This document shows, one piece after another, positions 62,251 to 64,000 of a stretch of 64,000 nucleotides of DNA (positions are counted from its first letter, which is position 1; every line of letters starts with the position of its first letter). The stretch spans positions 18,416,001-18,480,000 of the forward strand of contig CM075988.1 in NCBI GenBank assembly GCA_038087875.1, in the 5' to 3' direction. A model generated the notes under the pieces. It did no database searches, was not told where the DNA came from, and was given only the letters and a program-made list of their open reading frames with translations. A program made the translations under genes and the position numbers. This DNA is from Malacoraja senta. Its lineage: Eukaryota.

Positions 62251-64000
62251 AATGACAGATGGAGGCTGGATTAGAACGGTCAAAGAGCAGGAGGGCAGCA
62301 GAAATCACAGGAGCGGTTTCAATCTCCTCAAAGTATGCCTGCTTTGAATAAGTCCGCCTCTGTGGTCCGACCTCTGTGATTCCAGCTACTCTTCTGTTCT
62401 TTCACCATGTTACCCACCTATCACTTGCCGGACTTTGTCCCGCCCACCACCTCCCTTTTCCAGCTTTCTCCCCCATACTCCAATCGGAACGAAGGGTCGG
62501 AGAAACCCACACGCGCTTTACTGGGGAAGCTCACTGCGGCGTGCGAGATTCCGGCAAAGCTAACAAAATGGGAACTAATTGTCCCCAAAAAGAGTTGGTA
62601 GTTGGGACCTATTGGCCATTGAGGACTATTGACAGGTCTTCCCATAAGATAGGATGTGGACATGATCTTCCAACCTACTTCATTTGCCCTTCTTGCATTT
62701 TTTTCCTCCATAACTATTACGTTATAATGCTGCAACGTTATATTGTGCAGTTATTTTTCTCTTTACTCTACCTGTTATATTTGTGTATGGTATGATTGTA
62801 TGATTTGACTGGGTAGCACACAAGATGTGTTTACTATATCTCGGTAGACATGACTAGTAGTAACCCAATACCAATACATTTTGGAGACCAGCTGACACAG
62901 AGATAGGGTCAGGAGTTAGATGCTTGACTGGCTAATGACAGTACCTTTCATTCCGTTAGGCTATAGCCAACATCATGAGTGGTAGCGAGTGAAGAGAACA
63001 GCAGCCATTGCAACAGGTAGACAGAGCTTCCCTTTATCATTCAGTCCCCAAAAATGCCACAGTTGAATAGTGCATGCCTCAAACCACGGCCCCTCGATGC
63101 AGAAGGGAAATGGCCAAAGCAAAATAGTGTGGTAAAGGAGGTAAATAACATGAAAAATTCTGTCGTCTTTTAGTCAGCAAATTGGGAATGAATTAGTCAA
63201 AATGGGCTTCATATTTTATTCAACATAAATATCGATAGTTTACCAACAAATCTAATTGATGAGACACAGAATCAAAAGCCAACTTAATTGGAAGGCTGCA
63301 GTTAATCAGGTGAGAATGCCTCTGCTTCCCACTTCGCTCAGCCTATTTTTGGCCTCATCTGCCATCCACCTCGATAAGGCTTTACACACCAGTCTGAAAA
63401 TCAAGAACACTCATCACACTGATGTGAAGTGACGGAGCTATGCGGACAATCCAGCCTAAAAGTATTCTCAGTCACTTTATCTGTAGCAACTCAATTCAGT
63501 TTGTAAGCAGTCCAATAAAGCAGGGCCGGGTCTGTTTATCCTGTTGAGAACAGCCTGCTAACACAGTGAGTGCTGCATGCTCAGCAGAGTGAGATTGCTG
63601 GCATATTCCCTGCAACGTATTTTCAATACAGCACCAACCAACTTCAGCTTTACAAAAAGCAACATAAATCGTGCAGTTCCAAAACCCCTCATCTTCTGCA
63701 ATGTTTGGTCTGCTGTTGATCAAACAAAGGACAAGCACAAAACGGTTGACTTTTCTGTAACGCTGTACAGTGTATATTCAGAATGGAAGAAATCCCGGCT
63801 GGGTTACAAGCAGGCAGATCCCGGGCAGAATATTTTGAGCATGATTTGATCAGACGGCAAACAACCGAATGTCTCTCAGGCAGTGCACAATAACAGAGGG
63901 CCCATTGGCCAAACAAGCCGCGGCATGGTCAGGAGCAGGGAGTGGTGCAATACTGGGCACAATCCCCAACAGGCTGGTTGGTCGACACACCAAGTGCAGT

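Overview
This is non-coding eukaryotic DNA dominated by interspersed repeats. The mix of HE1/V-SINE-type tRNA-derived SINEs with (CTAAA)n tails, HER1/CR1-type LINE 3' ends, Rex1/Babar, L2, Penelope, Tc1 and Harbinger-type MITEs points to a cartilaginous fish, probably a skate or ray (inference). I recognise no host exon, rRNA, true tRNA or CRISPR array; nearly all listed ORFs are repeat-derived or chance ORFs. The most notable system is an abundant family of ~100-230 bp Penelope-derived non-autonomous insertions. They carry a minimal hammerhead-ribozyme-like core (CTGAAGA-A-stem II-GAAAC-GTC/GTT), sit between clean 10-15 bp target-site duplications, and often form fold-back or tandem structures. 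Other highlights: a young CR1-group LINE with ~295 open codons unlike the resident CR1s, a near-complete dead DD34E Tc1 with IR/DR ends, several CpG-rich MITE families sharing one TIR, local inverted duplications, and an unclassified B-box-plus-hairpin unit. Family names rest on recognition from memory, not a database search. Boundaries of degraded copies are approximate, and only representative repeat copies are listed.
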